From Chiloscyllium plagiosum (Eukaryota), in assembly GCF_004010195.1 (NCBI RefSeq), contig NC_057718.1, positions 67,192,396 to 67,231,648 on the forward strand: 39,253 nt of DNA, in the 5' to 3' direction. Shown here one piece after another: positions 1 through 12,149 of the stretch (positions within the stretch are counted from its first letter, which is position 1; each line of letters opens with the position of its first letter). The notes beneath the pieces were generated by a model, which was not told the DNA's origin, ran no database searches, and saw nothing but the letters and a program-made list of their open reading frames with translations. A program made the position numbers and the translations under genes.

Positions 1-285
1 ACCCTCCACCACCACCCTCTGTCTTCTACCTTTGAGCCAGTTCTGTATCCAAATGGCTAGTTCTCCCTGTATTCCATGAGATCTAACCTTGCTAATCAGT
101 CTCCTATGGGGAACCTTGTCGAACGCCTTACTGAAGTCCATATAGATCACATCTACCGCTCTGCCCTCATCGATCCTCTTTGTTACTTCTTCAAAAAACT
201 CAATCAAGTTTGTGAGGTATGATTTCCCACGCACAAAGCCATGTTGATTATCCCTAATCAGTCCTTGCCTTTCTAAATACATGAG
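1..285 (-). mobile_element. CR1-clade LINE ORF2 (RT) fragment, runs off the window edge
   Basis: Reverse complement of ~113-155 encodes VDVIYMDFSKAFDKVP, the CR1 RT motif. Confidence 0.9.
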
Positions 286-324
286 CATAAGAGTTCCTTC
301 GTTATGAGAAAGATCACCTTCCTA

Positions 325-890
325 GTGGAGTGTCAAGTGGGAAAATGTGAAGTTGTTTATTTCGGAAGGGAGAACAAAAGAATAGAATATTATTTAAATG
401 GAGAAAACTTGCAAAGAGCTGCAACACAAAGGGACTTGCGGGTATTCGGGCATGAAACGCATAAAGCTCACACACTGGTGCAGTAGGTAAGCAGGAAGTT
501 TAATGGAATGTTGACTATTATTTCCAGGATATTAAAGTGTGAGAGGAGGGAAATCATACTATAACTGTACGTGATGCCCTTAATTAAGGAAATATATCAT
601 TTCATTGGAGGCAGCTCGAAGAAGGTTCAATTGGATGATCCTGGGTATGGAAGGATTGCCTAAACAGGTAGGGAGTCTACTCCCTGGTGTTTAGGAGTTG
701 GGTTATGATCTCATTGAAACACATAGGATGCTTAAGGGGCTTGACAAGGCAAATGCTGAGAAGATGTTTCCCCTTAGGAAGAGTCTAGGACCAGAGGGCA
801 TAATCTCAGAGTTAAGGTGCACCAATTTAAGACTGAGAAGAGTAGGAATTTACTCTTTCAGAGCGATGTGAGGTTTTGAAATTCCTTTCT
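325..890 (+). mobile_element. Degenerate CR1 LINE 3' ORF2 fragment
   Basis: Encodes KCEVVYFGRENKRIEYYLNGE..QRDL and later DLIET/ESRTRGHNL-type motifs, with stops and frameshifts. Confidence 0.85.
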
Positions 891-934
891 GTCAAGTTCC
901 TTCTTAAACTGTTGCTATTATATTCGCCTACGCT

Positions 935-1895
935 ACCTCTTCTGGTTGCACATTCCAGGCACTTATCACACTTTGTGTAAAAAAACTTACCTCTCTCATC
1001 TCCTTTAACCTTACCCACTTCTACCTTAAACCTATATCCCCTAGTAATTGACATTTCTACCTTAAGCAAAAGACTAGACTATCCATTATATCCATGCCTC
1101 TCATAATGCAAACTTCTATCAGGTCACTCATAATGTTCAATCAATCTTATAATGTTCAAGTGAAAACAAACCAGTTGTCCAATATCTTCTCATCACTAAT
1201 ATCTTCCAAACCAGGCAACATCCTAGTAAACTATTTCAATATCCTTTCCAAAGCCTTCACATCTTCTAATAGTGTGGCAACCAGTGCTGTATGCAAATTC
1301 CAAATGTGGCCTAACTAATGTTCTATGCAGCTACAACATGAGTTTGCCAATGTTTACAACCTATGGCCTGACCAATGAAGGAAAGCATGCTATATGACTT
1401 CCTGGAAACCTTATCCTCTTGTGTTGCCACTTTCCAGGAACTGTGGACTTGTATGCCATTACTGAATACTTCCCTCCTGCATTAGATCTTCCATTAGATC
1501 TTGCATTAGACCTTGCATTTGTCAGTATTAAACTCTATCTGCCATTCATCTGCCCACGTCTCCAGCCTATCTATATCCTTTTGCATCCTCTATCAATCCT
1601 CTGGTAATCTCATCACTATCCATAGCTCCTCCAATTTTTGTGTCGTCTGCAAAATTACTAATCTGATCACCTATATTCTCCTCCAAATCATTTCTATATC
1701 TTACAAACAACAGAGATCCCAGCACTAATCCCAGCGGAACACCACTAGTCACAAATCTCCAGTCTGAAAAATACTCTTCCTCCGCTACTCTCTGTCTTTT
1801 GTGACAAGTCAGTTCTGTATCCATCTTATGAGCTCTCTATGGATTAATGTGACTTCATCTTTTGTATAAGCCTACCTTGAGGGACCTTGTCAAAG
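935..1895 (-). mobile_element. Degenerate CR1 LINE ORF2 fragment (RT to C-terminus)
   Basis: Minus ORFs give VTSGVPLGLVLGSLLF..ISNFADDTKIGG (1567-1824) and TRGYRFKV..RGKFF (827-1069). Confidence 0.88.
1478..1519. repeat. 12-bp tandem repeat (~3.5 copies) inside CR1
   Basis: tgcattagatct tccattagatct tgcattagacct tgcatt. Confidence 0.8.
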
Positions 1896-2059
1896 GTCAT
1901 TCCTTTAGGTTATTTGTTTTATATCACTAGACTATTAATGTGCTCTGTAACAAACTCTTTTTTTTAGCAAACTGATAAGCATCCTGCCATTCTTTGTGTC
2001 TCAATATACATTAACAGTGAGGAGCAGCCTAGATGTGACAGTAAAGAATGTTGTGGGCC

Positions 2060-3125
2060 ACTGACCTCCTCTCCACTGGAGATCTACCCTCTATGGTTTG
2101 CAACCTTGTCATCCAATAAGTGCAAACAATCCACTTCTATCTCCAGTCCAAGATCCTCAAACATGACTGCCCTGATAGACCAATCATTTCAGCCTGCCCC
2201 TGTTTCTATCTCAACTCTATTTTATTAATCCTTGTCCAATCTCTACTTACAGTCTCTGAGACTTCTGGTGCTCTTTATCACTTTAATAGCTTCCACCCTT
2301 GGCCCTAACCCTATCCTTTTCCATGTGCATGTTACCCACCAGAATAATCTAAGAGCCCTCTATTTCTTCCTTGAATAGACATCCAACCAGTTTCTCTCCT
2401 CTTCCACTTGGCAGAACTTGTTCTCGCATTCAACAATTCCTCCTTCAACCATGTTCACTTCCTCCGAATATAAAGTGCTGCTTTGGTACCTACAGGAATG
2501 CTTGTCCTTTTTTGGAATATATGAAGCATTGTTCATTTCTGTCATGCTCAGGTCACCTCCTTCACCTCTTTTTCTGTAATTTTGATAATTGTACCAGTGC
2601 CATTTCCTGCATTCACTTGGAACCGGAACATTTAATCAACTTAGCTGTAAATTTCCACCCCATTCTTATCGTCACGTGGTACATTTTTGACACTATTTTC
2701 CCTTCCTCATTTTTCCATCTCCATTTTTGGGGATAAGCAATTAAACAATATTTGATGTAAGTCTACTGATCCCACAGCTACTTCTTCACATACACTTCTT
2801 CCTATAAGGTGTCCATTCCATCCTCCTAGTTTCTCCACCTCTGTCACCTTTGTTCTGATGATGTAACCTGTCATTCCTGTACTTTTAATATGTCTTCCTT
2901 TCCCTTAGATGGAGACTTAGATGTGTTTAACAGAGCTGTCAGCCACATTCATTAAAATTCTATATATATCCCTTCCCCTCTCTCCAGGAACAATGACAGA
3001 GCTTTCATGCCTCACCTTCCATCTCACCAGCCTCCATGTTCCACCATTTCTATTACTTCCAGCATGATATAGCACAAAGCATACCTTCTCACTTACCAAG
3101 GTCCCAAACACTCTTCCAGATGAAG
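2060..3125 (+). mobile_element. Decayed Penelope-like element, RT/thumb region
   Basis: Remnant motifs KHDCPDRPIISAC (PGRPIVS-like), LAELVLAFNNSSFN, a YKPTDSH-like ctactgatcccacagcta and an SIP..FL.L...CSDD segment; many frameshifts. Confidence 0.8.
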
Positions 3126-3342
3126 TAATGGTGCATGTGTACCATTTAGATGCAGAACATATCCATTCACTCCATCTCATCTCATTTTTCATTGTATTAA
3201 ACTCTCCTTGCTACTTGTTGCTCCAAGGTCCTACTAATGCCTTGTTAAATTTGATTGTATCATCCTCTGCCACTCCTCCAAATCTGGTATCAACAACAAA
3301 TATTGAAATTACACTTTGTATACCAATAACCAATTCAATTAC

Positions 3343-3441
3343 AACAAAAACAGAAATTGCTGGTGAAACTCAGTAGGTCTTGCCTATATCTGTGGGAAGA
3401 AAGTGATTTAATGTGTCGAGTCCAATGACCCTTCATCAGAA
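3343..3441 (-). mobile_element. PLE terminal fragment with degenerate hammerhead core
   Basis: Reverse complement reads ctgatga-a-gggtc-attg-gactc-gaca-catt, followed by the typical PLE terminal sequence. Confidence 0.7.
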
Positions 3442-3560
3442 AACCTAATACTGAAGGTCGCTTCAAAGGGTCAAACAAAGCCTTTTTTCAAACTCAGCAT
3501 CGCTACATATCTGTTTGGGTCTATTCAGGGTAAGTAAAGTTTTGTTTCCAAAGAATCCTA

Positions 3561-4306
3561 TGTAGCGATTGTAGTGAGATCAATCAGTTGGACTACAGAG
3601 AATATGAGTTCCCTAATTGGGACTGTTAATATGGTCCAATCAGGGAGACCTGGCTAACATAAAAGGATGAATGGCAGAGTTTTTGAGATCCTGAATGACT
3701 CAGTGAGAGGCAGTGCTATTGTCTAAGTCGATAAAATGTGGAGCAGCACAGCAGGTCAGACAGCATTGGCGGAGCAGGAAAGTCAATGTTTCAGGTTGGG
3801 AGACCTTCATCAAGACTGGGGAGGGGCAAGGGAGCTCAGAAATAAATAAAGGGAGGTAGGCTGGGGCTGGAGGAAATGTAGGTGGGATATTGATATGTGG
3901 ATGCAGGAAAGGTAGATGGCATGGTGATAAGTGGATGTAGGTAGGGGATTATTGTGATTGGTCAGTGGGAAGAGTGGAACGGATAAGTGAGAAGGAAGAT
4001 GGACAGGTTATGTCAGTCAAGGAGGTGAGGAGGAGAAGGAGGGCTGGACATGGGATGAGGTTGGGGATGGGGAGATTTTGAAGTTGGTCAACTCCATGTT
4101 GTAGCCATTGAGCTGTAAGCTCCCAAGATGGAATATAAGATTTTGTTTGCATATGGCCTCATTTTAGTAGTGGAGGAGGCCCAGGGTGGACATGCCGCCA
4201 GGGAAGTGGGAGAGGGAGTTGAAATGGCTGGCAACTGTCTAAGGCTGTATGCTTAAGAATAAAAGATGATTGGTGATGGGATGTTGGCCTCTGAAGAATT
4301 GTTTCA
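3561..4306 (+). mobile_element. Gypsy-type solo LTR interrupted by a PLE insertion
   Basis: Starts TG (tgtagcgatt), ends CA (ttgtttca), AATAAA near 4258; flanks ccta/ccca form a 4-bp TSD with one mismatch; about 230 bp once the insert is removed. Confidence 0.75.
3728..4235 (-). mobile_element. PLE 3' end: GIY-YIG C-terminal region, pyrimidine-rich UTR and hammerhead terminus
   Basis: Minus strand encodes VASHFNSLSHFPGGMSTLGLLH..LGSLQLNGYNMELTNF; ttgatga-aggt-ctccca-acct-gaaa near 3787-3812; 8-bp TSD tgtctaag at 3720-3727 and 4236-4243. Confidence 0.85.
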
Positions 4307-4849
4307 CCCAATAGTAGACATAAGTGTATCCTGGTAAATATTAGTCTTTTGCTGAGATATGTTTTGTGCCTAATTCATCATCTCTGCCGAATAGTTATGT
4401 ATACATACATATGCACATAACGTGATCGATAATCATTGAGTGCAGCCATCACAGGAAGTGCTGACCATTCTGAATGATTTACTGCTTTGTTAAGCAAGGT
4501 GCCAAAAATTTCCCATACAGTCTGCAGGTCTTGATAGGTCCCAGAAATTCAAGCATACGCTGTGAACTTAATTTTTACCTTCTTTACCAAGTTAGAATAA
4601 ATCATTAGGACTGCAAGTGCCCATTATCCAAGAACCGAAAATATCTTTCTTCCAAAAAAACAGTTGGTCCTGACAATTTCCAGGAAAGGACACCCCACCT
4701 GTCCACAAAGCTACGGTGTCTTAGTACTGCATATTGAAGAAACCCAATCTTATCACCACATTTCCCACCCGTCTGAGAAACAACCATTATGCAACCTTTT
4801 CTAGTTTTTTTTCTACCCAAGTTGACACTGACTTTTGAATTCCATAAGT

Positions 4850-5490
4850 TTCAAACCTTATCGATGAGATTTTTAGGTGATAATTTGCAAAGACTTTCTT
4901 AAAATCAATAAATCTTTCTTAAATTCAATATCCATTGCTTTCCCCCTAACAATATTCTCTGTTTCTTCACCAAAAAACTCAAACAGATTATTCAAACATT
5001 ATCCCATACCATTGAAATTCATTATGTATCCAGCTTGGACATGAAACGCTCCTTCCTAAAGATCAGGCATTATTCTGTTTCAGATTTACTTGTCAGTTTA
5101 TGGGTCCATTTCATCCAGGCTAGATCCCTCTCTCTCCATTGAAGGCTGTTTCACTGCTAATCTAAACATTTTGATACAATCATCACTCTTACCTAAGTGT
5201 TGATCCATAGACACTTGATCCATCAGGCCTACCTCATTCCCCACAGCAGATTTAGCATTGCCTCCATTCTTGTTGGATCAAAAGCATTCTGGTCAAGCAA
5301 GTTTTCTGAAATACGTTTCAGATATTATTCTCCTTCCTTTCCCTTTACAGCATCATTATCTTGGTCAATATTAAGTTCCCCAGTATCACCATTCTCTAAT
5401 ACTGTGATTTCTCTGTAGATTTTCAGTGTTAGTTTTTTTTATTACTACTTGGAGGCCTATAGGATAACTCAAGTAGCATGACCATCCCTT
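4850..5490 (-). mobile_element. Highly degenerate CR1 endonuclease-region fragment
   Basis: Minus strand resembles GV.YRPPS and GDFN.P...W-type segments and (E)A.LNL endonuclease motifs. Confidence 0.55.
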
Positions 5491-5504
5491 CATGTTTCTG
5501 ATAT

Positions 5505-5615
5505 TTGCTGAGTGGCACTGATGCCTGATGAAATGTTAAGCTGAGGTTCTATCCACTATTGTGGGTGGATGTAAAAGACTAAAATGAAAGCAGGACACTT
5601 TGGAAGAAATCAGGG
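5505..5615 (+). mobile_element. DeuSINE (SacSINE1-like) central-domain fragment
   Basis: gatgaaatgttaagctgagg..ggtggatgtaaaagac..gacactttggaagaa resembles the recalled Deu-domain core gatgagacgttaaaccgagg..taaaagatcccatggcact. Confidence 0.5.
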
Positions 5616-5619
5616 AATA

Positions 5620-6040
5620 GACAATTTCAGATCTGATACTTTATAATGAAACGGGACTAGTTAATGATGCCATACTAATGGATTCACCAAAGAAAAGTGA
5701 TCATAACATTATTGAATAGCACATTCAGTTTAAGTGAGAGAAACAAGGCACTGAAGCTAATATCTTAAACTTAAAGGCAGTTATGAAGATAGGAAGACAG
5801 AGTTAATGATAGTTAAAATATGTTAGAAGTTAAAAGATAGATATTGGGAAAAGTTTAAGGAGATAATTCATAATTTTCAATAAAAGTATGTTACATTGGG
5901 AAAGAAAGATTCTATGACAAGGATGATGAACTAAGGAGGCAAAGGAGAGTATTTCATTGAAAGAAAAGAGTAAATATACCTGTGAAGGTTAGTAATAACC
6001 CAGAAGATCGAAAAAATGTTAGCAATGAAAATGGCCAGAA
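5620..6040 (+). mobile_element. Degenerate CR1 endonuclease/tether fragment
   Basis: LDLIL.NE.GLVND and SDHNIIE..IQF-like remnants. Confidence 0.65.
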
Positions 6041-6759
6041 GGAGTTTTACAATGTAGTTCCTAAACAACATCTTTTATGATTCAACGGTAGCCAAAAGCA
6101 TACAATCAAACTATATACTTGTAAGAAACAATCATAAAGGGTGATTAATTAATTGAAGGATTCAATGTTTAAATTGACAGAAGTTAGTAACATTTGGGAT
6201 GGACCATTTAAAGTCATTGTTAAACAGGTGGGACTTAAAATAAGGCAAAGAGACTGAAATTCTTGTATATGTTGGCTGAGTGTTTTGAATTTGGTTCAGA
6301 ATCAGAACAGGTAGAAGTTGAATTAGAACCAGATTGAGTTACTTTAGCCCAGTTCGACTGAAACAATTGAAAATTCAACTGAAATTAAGGATCAGAGAAG
6401 ATGGAAATGTTTAGAAAGCTGCTAAGGAAATCTCACTTTAGCTAATATAGTTTGCCTTTCACTTTCCATGCCAACGTTTCCAATATTGGTATAGTTCAAA
6501 ATGCATTCTGACAGAAAATAATGATATCAGTCCATTGATGTCCCTATTGAGAAGAAAACACACTCATTCATGCAAAAAATGCAATATTTTGAAATTGCTC
6601 CAACTAAACTTTTGTGAAAATAAATATTTTGCTCAAATGCTTAGGTCTTATCTAAACAAATATTCTCCTAATTGCCTAATCCCTACATAAATAAATATTC
6701 AATAAACAATTGGAACTGTGCATTTCATTTGATTAGCATCCTTTATAAAAATCAGTCAT

Positions 6760-7335
6760 TCAGCACAAACAGAGGTTAGAGGTGAGAAGTGACCAAGGGA
6801 GATCTGGGAGGCATTAGCTCAGTCACTACAACTGAGAAGGGGATCGCACAGGACATGGTGTCAAACAATAGTTAGAGGTGATAGATTGAAAGGGGTTGGT
6901 GACCTTGTTGGATATTTAATATAGATCTCCAAATAGTGCAGAAGAAGTAGAAGAGAGCATTTGTAGGCAGGTTATGGAAATCTGCAGGAGAAGTAAGATT
7001 GCGATAGTTGATTATTTCAATTACCCTCCAGTAAACTGGGAAAGGGGTACAATATGGGACATAGAAAAGGAGAAATTCCTGTAATGTATGCAGGAGATTT
7101 TCAATATAAGGAAAGATTAGAGAAATTGGGCTTATTCTCCTTGAAGCAGAAAAAGTTAAGAGGTGACCTTATTGAGGTGTTCAAAATTCTGAACAATTTT
7201 AACAGGGTAAAGAAGGATATTCTGTTTCCATTAGTTGGTATGTCAGTAACTTGGGGAATAATTTCAAGATTGCCAGCAAGAGACTTAGGATTTAGAATGC
7301 ATTGCTTGAAAGAATGGTGGAAGCAAGATTCTGTG
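6760..7335 (+). mobile_element. CR1 fragments (endonuclease piece joined to C-terminal piece)
   Basis: YRSPNS..V..DFNYP.VNW followed directly by YKERLEKLGLFSLKQKKLRGDLIEVFKIL. Confidence 0.8.
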
Positions 7336-7353
7336 CACAACCTCCCCCCCTCC

Positions 7354-7386
7354 CACACACACACACACACACACACCCACACACAC
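7354..7386. repeat. (CA)n microsatellite
   Basis: About 16 CA units with one interruption. Confidence 0.95.
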
Positions 7387-7394
7387 TCCCTCCC

Positions 7395-7598
7395 TCCAAA
7401 GCACTCACCATCCTGACTTGGAACTATATTCCATTTCTTCAGTGTTGCTGGAACAATATCCGAACAGCATTGAAGCTATATCTATACCAATTTGACCGCA
7501 GTGTTTTAAGAAAGCAGCTCACCACTATTTTCTCAAGGGCAATGAAGGTAAAATAGGCAAAAGTGACACCAACACCCCATGAATGAACTTTAAAAAAA
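7395..7598 (+). mobile_element. 3' tail of a CR1/L2-group LINE (tail shared with the SINE at 11049)
   Basis: cactcaccatcctgacttggaac..aagaaagcagctcaccact..tctcaagggcaat..cccatgaatgaa followed by an A-run; same family as 20867-21363. Confidence 0.7.
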
Positions 7599-7599
7599 A

Positions 7600-9165
7600 G
7601 ACAAGAGTCAGAAGAAAACTTTAAACTAGTTAGTCTAACTTCTGTCATTGGGCAAGTGTCATTAGGGAAATGGGAATCCATTAGTGAGGAGGTAGTAACA
7701 CGACATTTAGGAAATTATAAACTATTCAAGCAGAGTCAACATGGTTTTATAAAAGGGAAATCATGTCTGATGAATTTATTAGAAATCTTTGAAGATAACA
7801 GAAGCACGAACCATAAAAGGGAATTAGTAGATTTAGATTTTCAAATGATGCTTATGAAGTAACAAAAGGTTACTTCGGAAGAACGCATGATATCAAAGAT
7901 AATATATTAGCTTGAAAAGACGATTGGCTAACAATGAGGAAACGTACAATTGTGATAAATTGGTCACTTCTAGCTAGGAAATTGAAAGTAAAGTCACATA
8001 TTGCCAGGGCCTCAAATGTTTACAGTCTAGATTCAAGGTTTGGTTGAAGGGAGAGTGTATATTGGAGTCAAATTTGCTGACAAAGACAAGAATACAGGCT
8101 AAGGAGGAGACAAAGTTTGTATTTTCCATGGAGAGCCGAGAACATGGCATCCATATGAACTCTGGTCCTGATCCCAAACCCAAACCATGTTACTGTTGCA
8201 TAATGATCTTTAAAGCTGAATGGAAGTAAGCTTAGCTTCCAATGATAAGTACTGATTGCCCGCAGACACTACCCCTCTGGCATCAGTGGCAAAGGCTGGC
8301 AGTAACCATGATACAGGGAATTGCTGCTTTGCTGATTAGAACTAGGCAGCTCTATGGAGCTTAAGAGGTTGAAACCTATCACCAAACATGAGTCGCGCAA
8401 CTATTGCACCAGTGCTAGTTGCCTACTCAAATTTTATATCAAGATAACTTCAGAAGAAATTAATCAGATCTTGCTGTGAACCTAACAACTGTGCACTAAC
8501 CTTCAAAAGATTGCTCAGGTTTACCTGAAAAAAAGTCATAAATTCCAAACCTGACCAGCCAGCTGTTTGAAGGTACAAAACAGTCTGGGAGGCATTAGAA
8601 TCCTGAGACCTCTCCAAGAACAGTGATTTTTAACTCCCATCTACCACAGGTCTGAGCTCCAGGGTTTCTTCATCCTCCAGCCCAAAGTATCTGCAAAAGG
8701 ACACGGGAAGGTTAACTGAATGGGCAAACATTTGTCAGATGGAGTATCAGATGTCAAATGGAGATACAATAAAAAGAAAGAGTGACACCAACACCCAATG
8801 AATGAACTTAAAAAAAAAGACAAGAGACAGAAGAAAACTTTAAACTAGTTAGTCTAACTTCTGTCATTGGGCAAGTGTCATTAGGAAAATAGGAATCCAT
8901 TAGTGAGGAAGTAGTAACACGACATTTGGTCGGAAGAATAGAAAAGCAAAATACAGAGATTGTAGAATGTGGTACAGATGGAGCTGAGTGTCCTGATGCA
9001 TGAATCACAAATAATTAACATGAAGGTACAACATGTGATTATGAAAGTAAATAGAATGTTGGTTTTTATTGCAAGGGGAACTGAATGTAAAAGTCAGGAC
9101 TTCTTGTGACAACTGTAAAAAATATCAATGTAACAGTGCCTGGATACTGCACACAGTTTTAGGCT
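7600..9165 (+). mobile_element. Fragmented CR1 RT region, interrupted by unclassified sequence (~8135-8705) and a local duplication
   Basis: ENFKLVSLTSV, SQHGFIKGKSCLMNLLE, KFADKDK, and ..GRKNRKA..RMLVFIARG remnants. Confidence 0.7.
8781..8927 (+). repeat. 147-bp direct duplicate of 7562-7708
   Basis: Ungapped alignment with 6 mismatches by eye. Confidence 0.93.
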
Positions 9166-9435
9166 AAATCTTATCAGTACCTGAACGATATAGACATTGG
9201 TGTGAAAATTGGGAGGATTGCATGAGAGTAACAGAGTGGAGCTTCCTGCATCAAGACTAAAATATTCAATTTTTCAACAAAGTTTTGGATGGTGAGGCAA
9301 GATTTTCACATGCATCTCCATTCTCATGATGATGTCATTTTGCCTAATTGATATACAATTTCCCATTCTCCACTCAATGCATTGAAACTAAATGGTGGCA
9401 AGTGTTGGCATGAAAGTCAAACAGTAATCTAGTAA

Positions 9436-9526
9436 GTTAAAAATCACACAACCACAGGTTATAGTCCAACAACATTATTTGGAAGCTCTAGCTTTCAGAG
9501 AGCTGCTCCTTCATCAGGTGGTTGTG
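9436..9526 (-). mobile_element. PLE terminal fragment (second family) with hammerhead core
   Basis: Reverse complement cac-ctgatga-a-ggag-cagct-ctct-gaaa-gcta: CUGAUGA and GAAA boxes, helix II, palindromic AGCU helix III. Confidence 0.78.
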
Positions 9527-9591
9527 CCACTGATTGGCATCAGTCTTCATGTAACATTCCAAAAATACTAAACAATCTAATAACACAAGAA

Positions 9592-9927
9592 GGAGAGGCA
9601 CAGTGGCATGGTGATTAGCATTGCTATCTCACAGCACCAGGAACCCAGGGATTCCAGCCTCAGGCAACTATCTGTGTGGAGTTTGCATGTTCTCCCTGTG
9701 TTTGCGTAGGTTTCTGCTAGGTGCTTCGGTTTCCTCCCACAGTCCAAAGATTTGCAAGTTAGGTGGATTGACCCATTGTGTTCAGGGACATGTAGGTTAG
9801 GTGCGTTAACCATGGGAAATATAGGGCTACAGGGAAAAGGTAGGGGATAGGTCCAGGTGGGATGATTTTCAGTTGGTATGGACTTATTGGGCCGAATGGC
9901 CTGTTTCCACACTGTGGGGATCCTAGA
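9592..9927 (+). mobile_element. HE1-type V-SINE, near full length, diverged
   Basis: tRNA-like head, V-domain gtgtggagtttgcatgttctccctgtgtttgcgtaggtttc, and CR1-derived tail gggccgaatggcctgtttccacactgt. Confidence 0.9.
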
Positions 9928-9929
9928 TA

Positions 9930-10087
9930 CAGAGGAACCTCAATTATCTGGCATTTAATTAACCGAATTTCAGATTATCCAAACAAAATCGCAAGGTCCC
10001 GGTGTTTGGCTAACTATGTTAACCGGCATTCGATTAACCGAATGAAATACTCCCACCCGTGTCCTTTAGATAATCGAGGTTCCTCAA
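9930..10087. mobile_element. Tc1/mariner-pogo (Tigger-like) MITE
   Basis: TA at 9928-9929 and 10088-10089; ~20-bp terminal inverted repeats cagaggaacctcaattatct / agataatcgaggttcctcaa; internal repeated attaaccgaat. Confidence 0.85.
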
Positions 10088-10578
10088 TATGCAAAAAAAA
10101 TCATGAGAGGAAAACGTACCAGAGGCAAAAAACCCTAAAAGTGCCCTATCCCTGATGGGATCAGTCCTGGGACATTAAAGGAAGTATCTACAAAGTTAAT
10201 GGGTGCACTGATAGTAATCTTCCGAGAATCCTTGAATTCTGGAAAAGTACTAGAGGATTAGAAAACTGCCAACACAATACTTTTATTCGAAAGGTAAGAA
10301 ACATACAGCATGTAACTACAGATCAGTTAGCCGAACATCTGTCATTATGATTTTTTAAATATATTATAAAGAATGCAATAGCAAAGCATTTAGATAAAGA
10401 TAATATGATCAAGCAGAGCCAGCATGACTTCACAAATGGGAAATCATGCCTAAAGAGTTTATTAGAAAACTTTGAAAAGGTAACAAGCAGGATAGATTGA
10501 GAGAAAACTGTGAATGTAATATATATATGGATTTCTGGAAGATATCTGGTTGGGTACCATGTGTTAGGCTACGTAGTA

Positions 10579-10763
10579 AGATTAGATTAGATTACTTTAC
10601 AGTGTGGAAACAGGCCCTTCGGCCCAACAAGTCCACACCGACCCGCCGAAGCGTAACCCACCCATACCCCTACATTTACCCCTTACCTAACACTATGGGC
10701 AATTTAGCATGGCCAATTCACCTGACCTGCACATCTTTGGACTGTGGTGCCACCGTGCCGCCC
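10579..10763 (-). mobile_element. HE1-type V-SINE, young, internally deleted
   Basis: (TAATC)n tail and near identity to 21531-21855, but the head ggtggca joins directly to ccacagtccaaag. Confidence 0.92.
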
Positions 10764-11048
10764 ATGATTAGAACCCATGATGTTGGAGGCATTATATTAA
10801 CATACATAAAGGATTAGCAAACTAATATAACTCGGAGAGTTGGCCATGATGAAAAGTATTTTCTAGATAGCAACCTATGATTAGTGGAGAGTCACCAATG
10901 CTGTAGTTATTTACAATATATATTAATGACACGGATGAGAAAAGTGAATGTATTTTTGCAGATGACACAAATATTAGTGGGAAGGCAAATGGTGAGCATG
11001 ACACAAGAGTCTTAAGAGAGAAATAGACATGTTAAGGTGTGCGTGTGA

Positions 11049-11374
11049 AGGCGACAACCTCGTGGTATTATCGCTAGATTGTTAGTCCTGAGACCAAGGT
11101 AGTGTTTTGGGGACCCACATTTGAATCCCACCACTGCAGATGGTGGAATTTGAATTCAATGAAATGAATTAATAATTGAGAGTCAAATCATGGCCATGAA
11201 TCGATTGTTGGAAAAACCCATTAGTCCAGTCATGTCCTTGAGGGAAAGAAACATCCAGTCTGGCCTATATGTGACTCCAGATCCACAGTAATGTGGTTGA
11301 CAACTAGGCAATTAAGGATGGGCAATAAATGCTGACCTAGTCAGCGACACTCCCATCATATGAATGAATTAAAC
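11049..11374 (+). mobile_element. tRNA-derived SINE with LINE-shared tail (MER131-like from memory)
   Basis: Head with B-box-like ttgaatccc; body gtctggcctatatgtgactccaga; tail gggcaataaatgctgacctagtcagcgac..atgaatgaa. Confidence 0.8.
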
Positions 11375-12149
11375 AAACTGAATGGGCAAAAACACTTGAC
11401 AATGGAATATAATGTGGGAAAATGTGAGGTTATGTACTTTGACTGGAAGAGGAATTGAATATTATTCAAATTGAGAAATCTCACAGAAGGTTGCAGAACA
11501 GAGGGATTTGGAGTCCTCATTCAGAAATCATAAAAAGCTAGCATACAAATTCAGCAAGTAATAGAGAAGAAAGATAAAATGTTGGCCTCTCTTTCAAAGG
11601 GAATGGAGTATAGAAATATGCTAAACCTATTCAGTTAAACCTGGAATACTGTAAATAGTTTTAGTTCTCATGTCAGGAAAGATATACTGATATTGGAGTC
11701 AGTCAAGAGAAATTCATCATGTTGATCCGAGGGGTATGGCAGGACTGTCTTATGAGGAGAGGTTGAGTAGATTGCGTCTGTGTTTACTGGAATTTAGAAA
11801 AACGAGACATGATCTTATTGAAACACACAAGATTCTTAGGGCGTTTGGCACAGTAGAAGCAATAAACTCATTTCCCCTTGTGAGAGAGTGTAGGACTCCA
11901 GGGCATAATCTCAAAGTCACCCAGTTAGGCGAGAAACTAGGTTTTGATTTCACTCAGTGGATCCTTGGAAGTTAAATATATTCAGGGTTGAATGCGATAA
12001 TTATTTAATTAGTAAGGGAATCAAGGCTCATAGGGAAAAGGCAAGAAAGATCAGATCAGCCATGGTTTCATTTAACGTCAAAGCAGACTGGATGGGCTGC
12101 CATAGACTATTTCTGCTTTTAAGCCCTGTGCTCTTATGGCTTGGGCAGT

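Larger units (their letters stand above)
10120..12140 (+). mobile_element. Old CR1 LINE (RT to 3' UTR) interrupted by two SINEs
   Basis: IF.ESLNSGKVLED.KTAN, SQH.F..GKSC, FADDT and GLSYEERLSRL.L..LEFRK.R.DLIETHKIL in order. Confidence 0.88.

Noticed and set aside
6180..6420. Possible LTR-retrotransposon gag N-terminus remnant
   Set aside because: Only compositional resemblance, with no diagnostic motif.
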